Shown: positions 47,883 through 57,720, counted from the stretch's first letter. The stretch is 64,000 nt of DNA from an uncultured Eubacteriales bacterium (GCA_902797445.1 CADBTC010000177.1:5684-69683); one strand, 5' to 3'. Notes: generated from the sequence alone by a model not told the origin. Numbers and translations: made by a program.

Positions 47883-49649
47883 CTATTCGAACTGCGCAGC
47901 GTACAGCTGGTAGTAGAAGCCCTTCCTGTCCATCAGCTCCCTGTGGGTTCCCTGTTCCGCCACATCCCCGTCCCGCAGCACCAGAATCCGGTCCGCGTGC
48001 TCAATCGTGGACAGCCGATGGGCGATGACAAAGCAGGTTCTGTTTTTCATCAGCTCCCGCATAGCCTTCTGTATCTCCCGCTCCGTGGCGGTATCCACGT
48101 TGGACGTCGCCTCGTCAAGAATCAGCATCGGGGCATCATAGAGCATAGCCCGCGCGATCGTCAGCAGCTGCTTCTGCCCCTTTGAGATGTTGCCGCCGTC
48201 CTCCTGAATCAGGGTATCGTACCCCTGGGGCAGCCGCATGATAAAGGGATGAATCCGGGCTGCTTTGGCGGCCGCCACCACCTCTTCTATGGTGGCGTTC
48301 TCCCGCCCGTAGGCGATATTCTCAAAAATCGTTCCCTTGAAGACCCAGGTATCCTGCAGAACCATGGCATAAGCGCCCCGGACGCTGCGCCGGGTTGCGG
48401 TCCGGATCTCCGTCCCGTCGATGAAAATGCTTCCCTTTTGCGGATCATAAAAACGCATCAGCAGATTAATGATGGTCGTTTTTCCGGCGCCGGTCGGCCC
48501 GACAATGGCAATCAGCTTTCCCGCCGGCGCATCCAGGCTCAGATCATGCAGAATGATCTTTCCAGCTTCATATCCGAAGGAAACATGCTCCATGCGCACA
48601 TCCCCCCGGATGTTTTCCAGGATTCTTGCGTTCTCCGCGTCCTTTCCCTCCTCCTTTTCATCCAGCAGGGAGAAGACCCTTTCCGCCGCTGCCAGGGCGG
48701 AAAACAGCTCATTGAAAATCTCGGCGATGGCATTGATCGGCCCCGCGAATTTCCGGCTGTACAGCACGAAGGAGGAAATCCGGCCCAGATCAATGATCCC
48801 CCGCATATAGAAGATGCCGCCCAGCAGTCCCACAAGGCTCAGCCCCAGGTTGTTGATGAAGCCCATGGTGGGCCCCATGGAAACCCCATAATACTCCGCA
48901 TCGTAAAATGCGTCCGCGGCCTCCCGGTTGATATCCCCGAACTTTTCGTCCACCCGGTTTTCGTAAGCATAGGCCAGGATGGTCTTCTGGCCGGAGAGCA
49001 TCTCCTCCACGAAGCCGTTCATCTTCCCATAGCTCTTCGACCGTCTGGCGTAGCGGGGCTGGGTCTTCTTCCGCATATGCACCGTGTAGGCGATGGATAC
49101 AGGCACCGTTACCAGCGTCACGGCCGAAAGCGGCAGGGAAATGGAGATCATCATGACCAGGCTTCCAACCACCGTCACTGCGCTGGAGAAAATCTGCACC
49201 ACATCTGTGGCCATGCTGGTGGAGATCACGTCAATATCATAGCTGACCCGGCTGATGATGTCCCCGGCCTGATGCCGATCAAAATAGCCCACAGGCAGCC
49301 GCATCAGCTTCCCGAATACGTCCTGGCGCATCCTTCGGGCCATCCGCTTGCTGATCACTGTCATGATCAGGCTGATCATAAACCCCAGCAGCGCCGATCC
49401 CGCATAGCACAGCAGCATCAGCCGGGCATACCGTCCGACAGCCTCAAAGTTCACCTTCCCGGCGCCGACCGCCGCTTCCCGGATGGCGGATCCGGCCAGG
49501 CCGGGCCCCCAAAGATTGAGCATATTGCTGACCAGACTCAGCAGCACCACGCCTAAAATCAGATATTTCCAGGGGCCCAGGTATCCCAGCATCCGGCGCA
49601 GCGTTCCCCGGGTGTCCTTCGGCTTTTTCATCACCGTATCCCGCGCCAT
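47883..49649 (-). CDS. heterodimeric ABC exporter subunit B (TMD+NBD)
   Basis: GPTGAGKT, ISKGQKQ, ILDEATS, AHR. Confidence 0.93.
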   Translation of the reverse strand: MARDTVMKKPKDTRGTLRRMLGYLGPWKYLILGVVLLSLVSNMLNLWGPGLAGSAIREAAVGAGKVNFEAVGRYARLMLLCYAGSALLGFMISLIMTVISKRMARRMRQDVFGKLMRLPVGYFDRHQAGDIISRVSYDIDVISTSMATDVVQIFSSAVTVVGSLVMMISISLPLSAVTLVTVPVSIAYTVHMRKKTQPRYARRSKSYGKMNGFVEEMLSGQKTILAYAYENRVDEKFGDINREAADAFYDAEYYGVSMGPTMGFINNLGLSLVGLLGGIFYMRGIIDLGRISSFVLYSRKFAGPINAIAEIFNELFSALAAAERVFSLLDEKEEGKDAENARILENIRGDVRMEHVSFGYEAGKIILHDLSLDAPAGKLIAIVGPTGAGKTTIINLLMRFYDPQKGSIFIDGTEIRTATRRSVRGAYAMVLQDTWVFKGTIFENIAYGRENATIEEVVAAAKAARIHPFIMRLPQGYDTLIQEDGGNISKGQKQLLTIARAMLYDAPMLILDEATSNVDTATEREIQKAMRELMKNRTCFVIAHRLSTIEHADRILVLRDGDVAEQGTHRELMDRKGFYYQLYAAQFE

Positions 49650-49650
49650 C

Positions 49651-51417
49651 TTACGATACCTCCTCCCGCATCTGCGTCCGGTAAATATCCCGGTACACCG
49701 GGCAGGATTCCATCAGCTCCGCGTGGGTTCCCCGGCCGATCATCTCTCCCTCATGCAGGACCAGGATCTCGTCCAGGCTCATGATGGAGGAGACCCGCTG
49801 GGCGATAATCACCTGCGTGGCGCCGGCGTAATGCTCCCGGATGGCTTTGCGCATCTCCGCATCCGTCCGGTAGTCCAGAGCGGAGGACGCGTCGTCCAGG
49901 ATCAGGATTTCCGGCTTCGCCGCCAGCGCCCGCGCAATCAGCAGCCGCTGCTTCTGTCCCCCGGAAAAATTGGCCCCGTGAATCGACGCCTCGTGATCAT
50001 AGGTATCCTCGTATCCTTCGATAAATCCCCAGGCCATGGCGTCCCGGGCTGCCAGCCGCAGCGCCTCGTCATTGACATCCCGTCCGAAGCTGACATTCTC
50101 GCGGATGCTGTCGGCAAAGATGACATCATTCTGGAACACGACGCCGAACTTCTTATGCAGCGTATCCCGGTCATAGCCGCGGACATCCTTTCCGTCTACG
50201 AACACATGCCCCTCCTGCGGGTCGTAGAAGCGCATCAGAAGGTTCACGATGCTGGTTTTCCCGCTGCCCGTAGCCCCGATGATCCCCAGGCTTCCGCCCC
50301 TGGGCACCCGGAAGGAGATTCCCTTCAGGCACTGCTGCCGCTCCTCGCCCAGGAACTGCCCGCTTCCTTCTCCGGTTTCGTCCGCGTCATAGTTGAATGT
50401 GACCCGGTCAAAAATCAGCATGTCCCCGGAGGGAGCCTTTTCCGTTTCACCCGCCGGCAGAGGCGTCAGCTCCTCCGGCATGTCGATCACCTCCGCGATC
50501 CGGTTCGCCGAGGCATTGGCCTTGCTCATCATCATGAAGATCCGGTTCAGGCCCATAACCCCCATGAGAATCATATTGAAATAGGTCAGAAAAGCGAGAA
50601 TGACGCCGGGCTGCGTCTCCCCGGCGTTGACCCTGCGGGCCCCCACCAGGACGACCAGCGTCAGCCCCACGTTCAGCAGCAGCGTCACCACCGATCCCGG
50701 CAGGCTCATGATCACGTTGGACCGGACTTCCTGCCTGGCCATGCGGGTATTCGCGGTCCCGTATCGCTGCTCCTCATAGGGCTCCTTTCCCAGGGCCTTC
50801 ACGACCCGGATGCCGGTGATGCTCTCCCGCATCAGCCGTACCAGTGTATCCATCCGCCGCTGCACCTCGTTGTACAGGGGGATGCCCTTCCAGGAGATCA
50901 GGCTGACCAGGACGATCATCGCGGGTGCCATGACGCACAGGATCATCGCCAGTCCCGTGTCCATGGTCAGCGTGATGGCAATACCCCCCAGCAGCATAAT
51001 GGGCGCCCGGATGCCCATGGTCTGGATCATCCTTGTGAAATTTTGCACATTATAGGTATCGCTGGTCATCCGGGAAATCAGGCTGGGCAGGCCGACCCGG
51101 TCCATCTGCCGTCCGCTCAGATTCAGCGCCGTATGGAACAGATCCCGGCGGATGGAGAAGGCGCTCTCCCGGGCCACCCGGACGCTCATCCGGTTCGCCG
51201 TCACATTGCAAAAACGCGTCAGAAAGGTCAGGGCCAGCATGACGCCTCCCCACGCCGCCACCGGCCAGACGCTTTCCGTCTCCGGCACAACCCGGTCCAG
51301 CAGATGCTCCAGGACATAGGGAATCAGCAGCTCCGTTCCCGTCCCGGCCAGCTTGATCACCATGACCGCCAGCGTAATCCACTTCCATGGCCGCATATAT
51401 TTCCAGATCGTTTTCAT
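49651..51417 (-). CDS. heterodimeric ABC exporter subunit A (TMD+NBD, degenerate site)
   Basis: GATGSGKT, FSGGQKQR, ILDDAS and AQR (non-canonical Walker B and switch). Confidence 0.93.
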   Translation of the reverse strand: MKTIWKYMRPWKWITLAVMVIKLAGTGTELLIPYVLEHLLDRVVPETESVWPVAAWGGVMLALTFLTRFCNVTANRMSVRVARESAFSIRRDLFHTALNLSGRQMDRVGLPSLISRMTSDTYNVQNFTRMIQTMGIRAPIMLLGGIAITLTMDTGLAMILCVMAPAMIVLVSLISWKGIPLYNEVQRRMDTLVRLMRESITGIRVVKALGKEPYEEQRYGTANTRMARQEVRSNVIMSLPGSVVTLLLNVGLTLVVLVGARRVNAGETQPGVILAFLTYFNMILMGVMGLNRIFMMMSKANASANRIAEVIDMPEELTPLPAGETEKAPSGDMLIFDRVTFNYDADETGEGSGQFLGEERQQCLKGISFRVPRGGSLGIIGATGSGKTSIVNLLMRFYDPQEGHVFVDGKDVRGYDRDTLHKKFGVVFQNDVIFADSIRENVSFGRDVNDEALRLAARDAMAWGFIEGYEDTYDHEASIHGANFSGGQKQRLLIARALAAKPEILILDDASSALDYRTDAEMRKAIREHYAGATQVIIAQRVSSIMSLDEILVLHEGEMIGRGTHAELMESCPVYRDIYRTQMREEVS

Positions 51418-51561
51418 CGTTTTCCCATCCTGTTTCTGTGATGATGCGAATCTTCGTGAAAACAGCTGAAAGCGGTTTGATCACGCTGAAGGTACGCCGA
51501 AGATTCAATGGGACGGGATTCCACGCATATGCGCGAAATCTGCCTGTACAACGGGTAAATA

Positions 51562-52479
51562 TTAGCGGTATCTGGAGATTTTCCGAAAATTTCCCAGCGT
51601 TTCATTGACCGGCATCACGCAGGCAAAGGTGTCATGAAACCGGCTCATGATCTCTTCCATCTGGGAAATCTGGTGATAGCTGATAATGCATACCAGCATC
51701 GTCTTCCCTTCATGGGAATATCCGCCCATCGCCTGCAGAAAAGTCGTGGAATGATGCAGCTCCTCGATCACCGCTCTGGTGACCTCCTCCGGATGGGAGG
51801 TAATCATCTCCACCCGCCAGGCTCGCTTGCCCGCCTGAATCCACCGCTCGGAAACCATGGAGGTCAGGAAAGAATAGATGATGCACAGTGCCACCGGTTC
51901 AATATTGTAGTCATAGACGAAATAGGACAGACTGGCAATGACGACGTTGATCGCCAGCACCACATGGATCATGGAAAACCCCGGGTATCTTTTGTGCACA
52001 AACTGACCCACAAAGTCCGTCCCCCCCGTGGACCCGCCCCGCCGGATGGCGGTTCCGTAAATGAACCCATTGATGCAGCCTGAAACCACCGGTGCCAGCA
52101 GCGTGGACCGGCCGTCCTCCGTATGATAGATAAATCGACTCATATCAATATAGCGCTGCATGATCAGCAGTGCTCCGGAGAAAATCAGCACGAAAACCAT
52201 TGTGCGGGCAGCAAACCGCTTGTTCACAAAAAACCAGCAATAGACCGCCAGCGGAATATTGAGGATCAGGGAAAAATAGCCGACACTGAAATGAAACAGA
52301 TACTGGATCATGGTGGCCAGCCCGTTGAGCCCGGAGGGGGCAAAAGCATTCTGCAGGATAAAAATCTGATAATTCAGCGCCATCAGGACAGCCACAAAGG
52401 CCAGCACCAGATAGTCCAGCGTTGCCTGCCATTCAGGGCTCCTTTGTTTCGTTCTCTGTCCGGTTGATTTTTTGGTCAT
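51562..52479 (-). CDS. YitT family membrane protein (DUF161 + DUF2179)
   Basis: APSGLNGLA, LNIPL, GGSTGGTD, GGYS, C-terminal GNF. Confidence 0.87.
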   Translation of the reverse strand: MTKKSTGQRTKQRSPEWQATLDYLVLAFVAVLMALNYQIFILQNAFAPSGLNGLATMIQYLFHFSVGYFSLILNIPLAVYCWFFVNKRFAARTMVFVLIFSGALLIMQRYIDMSRFIYHTEDGRSTLLAPVVSGCINGFIYGTAIRRGGSTGGTDFVGQFVHKRYPGFSMIHVVLAINVVIASLSYFVYDYNIEPVALCIIYSFLTSMVSERWIQAGKRAWRVEMITSHPEEVTRAVIEELHHSTTFLQAMGGYSHEGKTMLVCIISYHQISQMEEIMSRFHDTFACVMPVNETLGNFRKISRYR

Positions 52480-52658
52480 TTCACTGCCTCCTCCCGAGGT
52501 TTCCCGCCAGCCTTCGTTTCTTCCGTCTCCGTCCGTTCAACCCAAGTATGGTTCCCCGCTCGCCTACCGCCTGAGCGGCCCTTCTCTGGCTGCCGCACCG
52601 CCGCGGATGGCTGCCCGGCACACGCCGCGAAGCCCCCTGAAGCGGCATAGGTGCATCC

Positions 52659-52697
52659 AAAAAAGCGGAGCCATTCGTTATCCGCTCAGCTCCGCTT
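52659..52697 (-). terminator. intrinsic terminator after gpmI
   Basis: GCGGAGC/GCTCCGC stem + T6 on - strand. Confidence 0.75.
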
Positions 52698-52716
52698 CCC
52701 GTTTGTCCTTCGGGGA

Positions 52717-54300
52717 TTATTTCTTCAGCATGGATTTCTCCCAGCAATCATAGGGCTTCAGGCCCAGCAGCTCCACCACCGTGGGAGCCACATTCGCCAG
52801 ACCGAAGGGACTCTCCGTATCCATCTCATGCCGCTCGTCCGGGTCATGGATGATGAAGGGCACCGGCCGCAGGCTGTGCGCCGTGCGTACAGAAATCTGT
52901 CCCTTCTTGTTCTTTTCCAGCATCTGGTCGGAATTGCCATGGTCCGCGGTCACAATCAAGATGCAGCCATGCTCGTCGCAGGCCTTGCGGACACGGGTCA
53001 GGCACAGGTCCACAGACTCCACGGCGATCTCCGTGGCGTACAGATTGCCGGTATGGCCCACCATGTCCCCATTGGGGTAATTGCAGCGGATAAAGCCGTA
53101 TTTGCCGGATTCGATGGCCTCGATCACCAGATCCGTGATTTCCGTCGCCTTCATCCAGGGGCACTCGTCGAAGGAGCGTACATCGGAGGGAACTTCCTTC
53201 CAGGTTTCCAGCTCCTCGGAGAACTTCTCGCTGCGGTTCCCGTTCCAGAAGTAGGTCACGTGGCCGTATTTCTGGGTCTCGGAGCAGGCGAATTCGTTGA
53301 TCCCGTTTTCCACCAGCAGCTCCGTCAGCGTATGCCGGATTTCCGGCGGAGACACCAGATATTTCCGCGGAATGCACAGGTCCCCGTCATACTGCAGCAT
53401 GCCGGCGTACTTCACCTTCGGCATCGCACCCCGATCAAAATAAGAGAAGGATTCGTCCCCATCAAAAGCCATGGACAGCTCCAGTGCCCGGTCTCCCCGG
53501 AAGTTGAAGAGAATCACGCTGTCCCCATCGTGCATGGCGCCAACAGGGGTGCCGTTTTCCGCGATCACGAAGCCGGGCAGATCCTGGTCGATGACGCCAG
53601 GCTGCTCTGCACGGAATGTCTCAATCGCTTCCCGGGCGGACGCAAACTGCCGGCCCGATCCGTGCACGTGCAGATCCCAGCCCCGGGCCACCATCTGCCA
53701 GTTGGCCTGATACCGGTCCATGGTCACCTGCATGCGGCCGCCGCCGGAGGCGATCCGTCCGTCAAAGGAGGCGTCGTTCAGCTCAGCCAGCGTGTTTTCC
53801 AGCTGATCCACGTATTCCAGGCAGGAGGTGGCGGGAACGTCGCGCCCGTCCAGCAGGATGTGCACCCGGGCCCTGGAAATCCCCTCGGCCTTTGCTTCCT
53901 TCAGCATGGCCAGCAGGTGGGAAATGTTGCTGTGGACGTTTCCGTCGCTCAGCAGGCCGATAAAATGCAGGGCGCCGCCGGCCGCCTTCGCGCCTTCCGC
54001 CAGCTCCTTCCAGGTCTCAGAGGCATAAATTTTACCGGACTCGATGGACTCATTGACCAGCTTCGCCCCCTGGGAATAAATCTGGCCGCAGCCCAGGGCA
54101 TTGTGCCCCACCTCGCTGTTGCCCATATCATCGTCCGTAGGCAGGCCGACCGCCGTCCCATGGGCTTTAATGATCCGGAAGGGATCCTTTTCTTTCATTT
54201 CATCCAGGCAGGGGGTCGTCGCCTTGAGAACCATATTGCCGAGCTCTTCGGCGGATTCTCCGACGCCATCCATCACAACCAGTACCACCGGCTTTTTCAT
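52717..54300 (-). CDS. gpmI: 2,3-bisphosphoglycerate-independent phosphoglycerate mutase
   Basis: MGNSEVGH, LLSDGNVHS, DGRD, NFRGDR, ETQKYGHVT, DMVGHTG, TADHGN. Confidence 0.96.
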   Translation of the reverse strand: MKKPVVLVVMDGVGESAEELGNMVLKATTPCLDEMKEKDPFRIIKAHGTAVGLPTDDDMGNSEVGHNALGCGQIYSQGAKLVNESIESGKIYASETWKELAEGAKAAGGALHFIGLLSDGNVHSNISHLLAMLKEAKAEGISRARVHILLDGRDVPATSCLEYVDQLENTLAELNDASFDGRIASGGGRMQVTMDRYQANWQMVARGWDLHVHGSGRQFASAREAIETFRAEQPGVIDQDLPGFVIAENGTPVGAMHDGDSVILFNFRGDRALELSMAFDGDESFSYFDRGAMPKVKYAGMLQYDGDLCIPRKYLVSPPEIRHTLTELLVENGINEFACSETQKYGHVTYFWNGNRSEKFSEELETWKEVPSDVRSFDECPWMKATEITDLVIEAIESGKYGFIRCNYPNGDMVGHTGNLYATEIAVESVDLCLTRVRKACDEHGCILIVTADHGNSDQMLEKNKKGQISVRTAHSLRPVPFIIHDPDERHEMDTESPFGLANVAPTVVELLGLKPYDCWEKSMLKK

Positions 54301-54365
54301 CTTCGCGTTTCCTCCTTGTTTGCATTCAGAGCGAGGCCCTGTCTCCCGCAAAGCCACACTGAAAC

Positions 54366-54394
54366 AGGATAAATCAAAGCGTCTCAAATGTCAA
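54366..54394 (-). promoter_or_regulatory. sigma-A promoter for gpmI
   Basis: TTGACA-17bp-TATCCT. Confidence 0.7.
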
Positions 54395-54473
54395 TCCGAG
54401 TTTTTCGCGTTTTATGCTTTTGTCCTGAGGCCGCGAGAGTCTGCGTGCAGCGCGTTCTTTCTCCCCATAGCTC

Positions 54474-55838
54474 TCAGCTTCCCCCCTCCGGCCGCACAGG
54501 CCGGAACCAGGCGATTTCGCTGCAGTCCGCCAGCTGGAAAACGGTCATGGTCTGCCCCAGGATCTCAAAATACCCGTATTGTTTTCCCCAGGGAGCTTCC
54601 CGGATCCGCAGCGCCTCGGAAAGATCCGGCAGGATCAGGGAAACGGTCACCCCGCCGTCCGGCGGCGTGGTCTGCATGCGAAAATCCTGGGCTTGAATAT
54701 AGGCCTTAAACCGGTCATACAGGAAGGGATCCTCCCCACAGTGGATCATCAGTGGGGCATCCAGCCACTCCACTGCCTCCGGCGCATTCTCCGCCGTCAG
54801 TCCGAACATGCGGGGGGTGCCCAGCACCATCCCCACATGATAGGTTCCATGGTCAAAAACCAGCAGATCCCCGGGCTGAAGCGCCTGCGCCCATTCCCGC
54901 AGTTCCAGCCCCCGCAGAGGGAAAGCGCCGGCCCGGGCCTTCAGGATCTCGCTGAGCTCTTCCTGGGGCAGATAGCCCGCTTCCTCCTCCACCCAGTGCA
55001 GGAAGCTGCCGCAGTCAAACCCGCAGAGATACAGCCGGTTGGATTTGTAATATTTTGATTCCTGCAGGGGAAAATACCGATGCAGCACCTTCTCGGCGCT
55101 GTGGCCCCCGAAGTAGTAAGGCACGCCGGTTTCCGGCCACCTGGCCGCGGTCAGGGAGCCGGCAACCTTCTGGTATTGTTTGAGCGCCCAGTGATTCTCC
55201 GGCAGCGCCGAAAGAGCGATGTCCAGCAGCTCCGAATCCGTCAGCCATTCCTCCGCCAGCAGTGGATCCGCCTCCGGAAGGCTGATCGTCACATAAATCC
55301 AGCTCCGCTTAAAATCAAAGGCGGCGCCGTCATCCGTAGCCCCGTCTGCCTTCTGCACCCGGAAGGAGAAGTCTGCCCCTTCCTGCAGGATGGCCCGCAT
55401 CCAATCCGTCACATCCCAAAGATTCCATCCCGGAAACGCAACCGCCGGCATGCTCCGCTGAGCGTTTCCCACCGGCCAGAGTACAAACTGCCCCTGATCC
55501 GTGAGGCTTTCCCTGACTTCCGCTCGCCAGAAGGCATGCTCGACCCTTCCGCCGGTTTTCTTTATAAGCGCGGCCAGATCCATTTCATTTCCGCCGGGGG
55601 AACGGCCGGTTGTGCCGATGTGCATCTGCGCGGTCTGCTGCTTTCCCTGCCGGGCGCCAATGAATACCGTCCCGTCCGCCCGCTCCATGTCTGCCCGCTC
55701 GATCACCGGCCGGACGCGGAACTGAAGCAGCTGTCTTTTCCCGGAAGCGGCTTCCCCGGGACAATGGATGCAGGCTGCCAGCAACGCCAGGATCATACCA
55801 AAAAGGAGGCCCCTTCGGCGTCTGACGGTTCTGATCAT
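54474..55838 (-). CDS. secreted protein with C-terminal NlpC/P60-like cysteine hydrolase domain
   Basis: GVPYYFGG, GFDCGSF, LQPGDLL, HVGM, IHC; ATGA-coupled to upstream gene. Confidence 0.72.
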   Translation of the reverse strand: MIRTVRRRRGLLFGMILALLAACIHCPGEAASGKRQLLQFRVRPVIERADMERADGTVFIGARQGKQQTAQMHIGTTGRSPGGNEMDLAALIKKTGGRVEHAFWRAEVRESLTDQGQFVLWPVGNAQRSMPAVAFPGWNLWDVTDWMRAILQEGADFSFRVQKADGATDDGAAFDFKRSWIYVTISLPEADPLLAEEWLTDSELLDIALSALPENHWALKQYQKVAGSLTAARWPETGVPYYFGGHSAEKVLHRYFPLQESKYYKSNRLYLCGFDCGSFLHWVEEEAGYLPQEELSEILKARAGAFPLRGLELREWAQALQPGDLLVFDHGTYHVGMVLGTPRMFGLTAENAPEAVEWLDAPLMIHCGEDPFLYDRFKAYIQAQDFRMQTTPPDGGVTVSLILPDLSEALRIREAPWGKQYGYFEILGQTMTVFQLADCSEIAWFRPVRPEGGS

Positions 55839-56221
55839 TTTGCACCGCCCCCCGCCCGCAGGGCCTCCTGCTCTATCCGAAGCTCTCCGTACAGTCTGCG
55901 GGAGCTCCATCTCACATTATGGGGCGTCACCACTGCCTTCAGCGGCACCCGCACCCCCGCCAGCCGCATTCCATCCAGCAGGCCGTTGAATTGTGCCGGG
56001 GAAAGGGCATGCATCACCAGCATCTCGTCGGAAAAGGGCTTGTTCTTCTCCGGCCCGCCTTCCGGGGCCGGCAAATCATTCGTCTCCAGGAGCGTCTCCA
56101 AAGGATAAAACTGCTCCAACGGCCTGACTTCCCTGCACGGGATGGCAAATCGGAGCAGCAGCGCCTTGACCGTCTGCCGCCTTTTATCGTCGGTAAAGTT
56201 ATAGAGCAATACCTTTGCCAT
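55835..56221 (-). CDS. DUF3783-family protein
   Basis: VLLYNF, EMLVM, LKAVVTPHN..W....LY.EL..E. Confidence 0.82.
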   Translation of the reverse strand: MAKVLLYNFTDDKRRQTVKALLLRFAIPCREVRPLEQFYPLETLLETNDLPAPEGGPEKNKPFSDEMLVMHALSPAQFNGLLDGMRLAGVRVPLKAVVTPHNVRWSSRRLYGELRIEQEALRAGGGAK

Positions 56222-56356
56222 GCTCTTTCCGTTCCTTTCCGGCAGCGATGTCCCCCTGGTTCCGCCCATCCGGCTGCCTTTGTCAGCCCGGCGTCCTGGC
56301 CGTTATTCCCCGGTCCGGACGGCATCCAGCCCGGGGCGCTTCACCTCATCGCCGTT

Positions 56357-56575
56357 TTACCCAATGCTCTCTCCCGCGTCACACTTCTCCAGCGCTTCCG
56401 CTGCCAGCTCCAGCAGCTCCTCCTCAGGCATCCCGCCGCGGGCGCCGATGGTAATCTGATACACCAGGGAATCCACCGCCCGGATGTTCCGCTGATAGAG
56501 CTTGTATACTTCTTTCAGCTTGTCCTCCAGGGCTTCGTTCGCCTTCTCCCCGCCCGGGAGCTGTTCCTCCGCCAT
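56357..56575 (-). CDS. small helical hypothetical protein (72 aa)
   Basis: RBS, in-operon spacing, amphipathic composition. Confidence 0.65.
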   Translation of the reverse strand: MAEEQLPGGEKANEALEDKLKEVYKLYQRNIRAVDSLVYQITIGARGGMPEEELLELAAEALEKCDAGESIG

Positions 56576-56595
56576 GCTGCTCCGGTTTCCTTTCT

Positions 56596-57720
56596 TTACT
56601 TCCGCCTGATCTGGGCGACCTGGTTGCCGTCGCTGTCGGTAATCCAGGGATCCGCCCCCGTCCTTTTGGTCGTAATGTTGAGCTTGTCTCCGGGATTAAT
56701 ATTCCGCCAGTCCGCTTCCGCCAGCGTCCAGGTGCTGCGGCCGTCCTTCTCGCTTTCCACGGTAAAGGAATATTCCTCCGTTCGAGGGGTGCTTTCCCGC
56801 TCGTTTTCCTGCAGCGCAGTGTCCGGCCAGGCCGTCTCGTGGTCCGTGCCGGAAGCCGTGGCCGTCCGGGCGTATTTCCACCGCCATATGCTGTAGACAT
56901 ACCAGGTGGCGTATCGGGGCACCGACCTGTACACCGGCCGGGATTCCGTCTCCGTATAATATTCCGTCTTATACACCGGCCGGGAATGCTCAACCTGCTC
57001 AAAGGACCCGTTGCCCCGGTCTGTGTAGGTATAGTAGGTCTCATAACCATCCAGCACCTGCCGGGACCGCTGGACCTCCACGTCCTCGTAATGATCCAGC
57101 ACCTGGTCATAATGGTGCAGTTTCGTGCTCTTGGAAATCTGGGCACCGCCCTGGGGAATCGCCCAGCCTTCCTCCTGATATTCCCGGTAATCCTCCACCG
57201 GGATCTCCCTGCTCCAGGAAATGTCGGTAACCAGCAGATCCCCTTTTGTGGTGTTTCCGTTCGTATAGGTAAACACCCCGACGACCAGCGCGATCAGAAC
57301 CAGCCACAGCCAGATGCGGTTCCGGCCGGCTTTCGCCCGGGGAGCCGAAGCATTCTGCGCGGCCGCTTCCGCCGCTTCCTGTTCCTGCCGTTTCTTTAGC
57401 TGATCGAAATAATTGCTCTCGGACTGCTCCCGGGTGGCGCCGCAGTTGGAGCAGAACGCCGCCCGGTTCTTGTTCAGGGAATTGCAGAAGGAGCAGTACC
57501 AGTCCGCCTCGGCATCAAAATCCTTCGCCTGCTCTTCTGAAAGGTACTCGACGTTTCCGGTCTGATCGGCCTCCAGAACCGCGTTCTCCGCCACGCCCTT
57601 CATATAGAACTTGACGTCGCCCCGGGCCCGACCGCAGGCAGGGCAGTTCATCACATTCCCCGCGATGCCCTTATTGCCGCAGACCGGACAATCCCAGTAT
57701 CCCATGACCATTCTGCTCAT
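56596..57720 (-). CDS. double zinc-ribbon, single-TM membrane protein
   Basis: WDCPVC...CPACG and WYCSFC...N.....CSNCG; one TM; Tyr/Thr-rich C-terminal domain. Confidence 0.78.
   Translation of the reverse strand: MSRMVMGYWDCPVCGNKGIAGNVMNCPACGRARGDVKFYMKGVAENAVLEADQTGNVEYLSEEQAKDFDAEADWYCSFCNSLNKNRAAFCSNCGATREQSESNYFDQLKKRQEQEAAEAAAQNASAPRAKAGRNRIWLWLVLIALVVGVFTYTNGNTTKGDLLVTDISWSREIPVEDYREYQEEGWAIPQGGAQISKSTKLHHYDQVLDHYEDVEVQRSRQVLDGYETYYTYTDRGNGSFEQVEHSRPVYKTEYYTETESRPVYRSVPRYATWYVYSIWRWKYARTATASGTDHETAWPDTALQENERESTPRTEEYSFTVESEKDGRSTWTLAEADWRNINPGDKLNITTKRTGADPWITDSDGNQVAQIRRK

Noticed and set aside
49483-51441. 652-aa + strand ORF, and similar ORFs at 46176-48185, 52651-54372, 7462-9159 and 34122-35729
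   Set aside because: All lie opposite well-supported genes and have no RBS or motif support.
56336-56353. GGCGATGAGG...CGCC resembling the 5' end of a fluoride riboswitch
   Set aside because: Spacing is wrong, the 3' pseudoknot partner is absent, and there is no fluoride-related gene.
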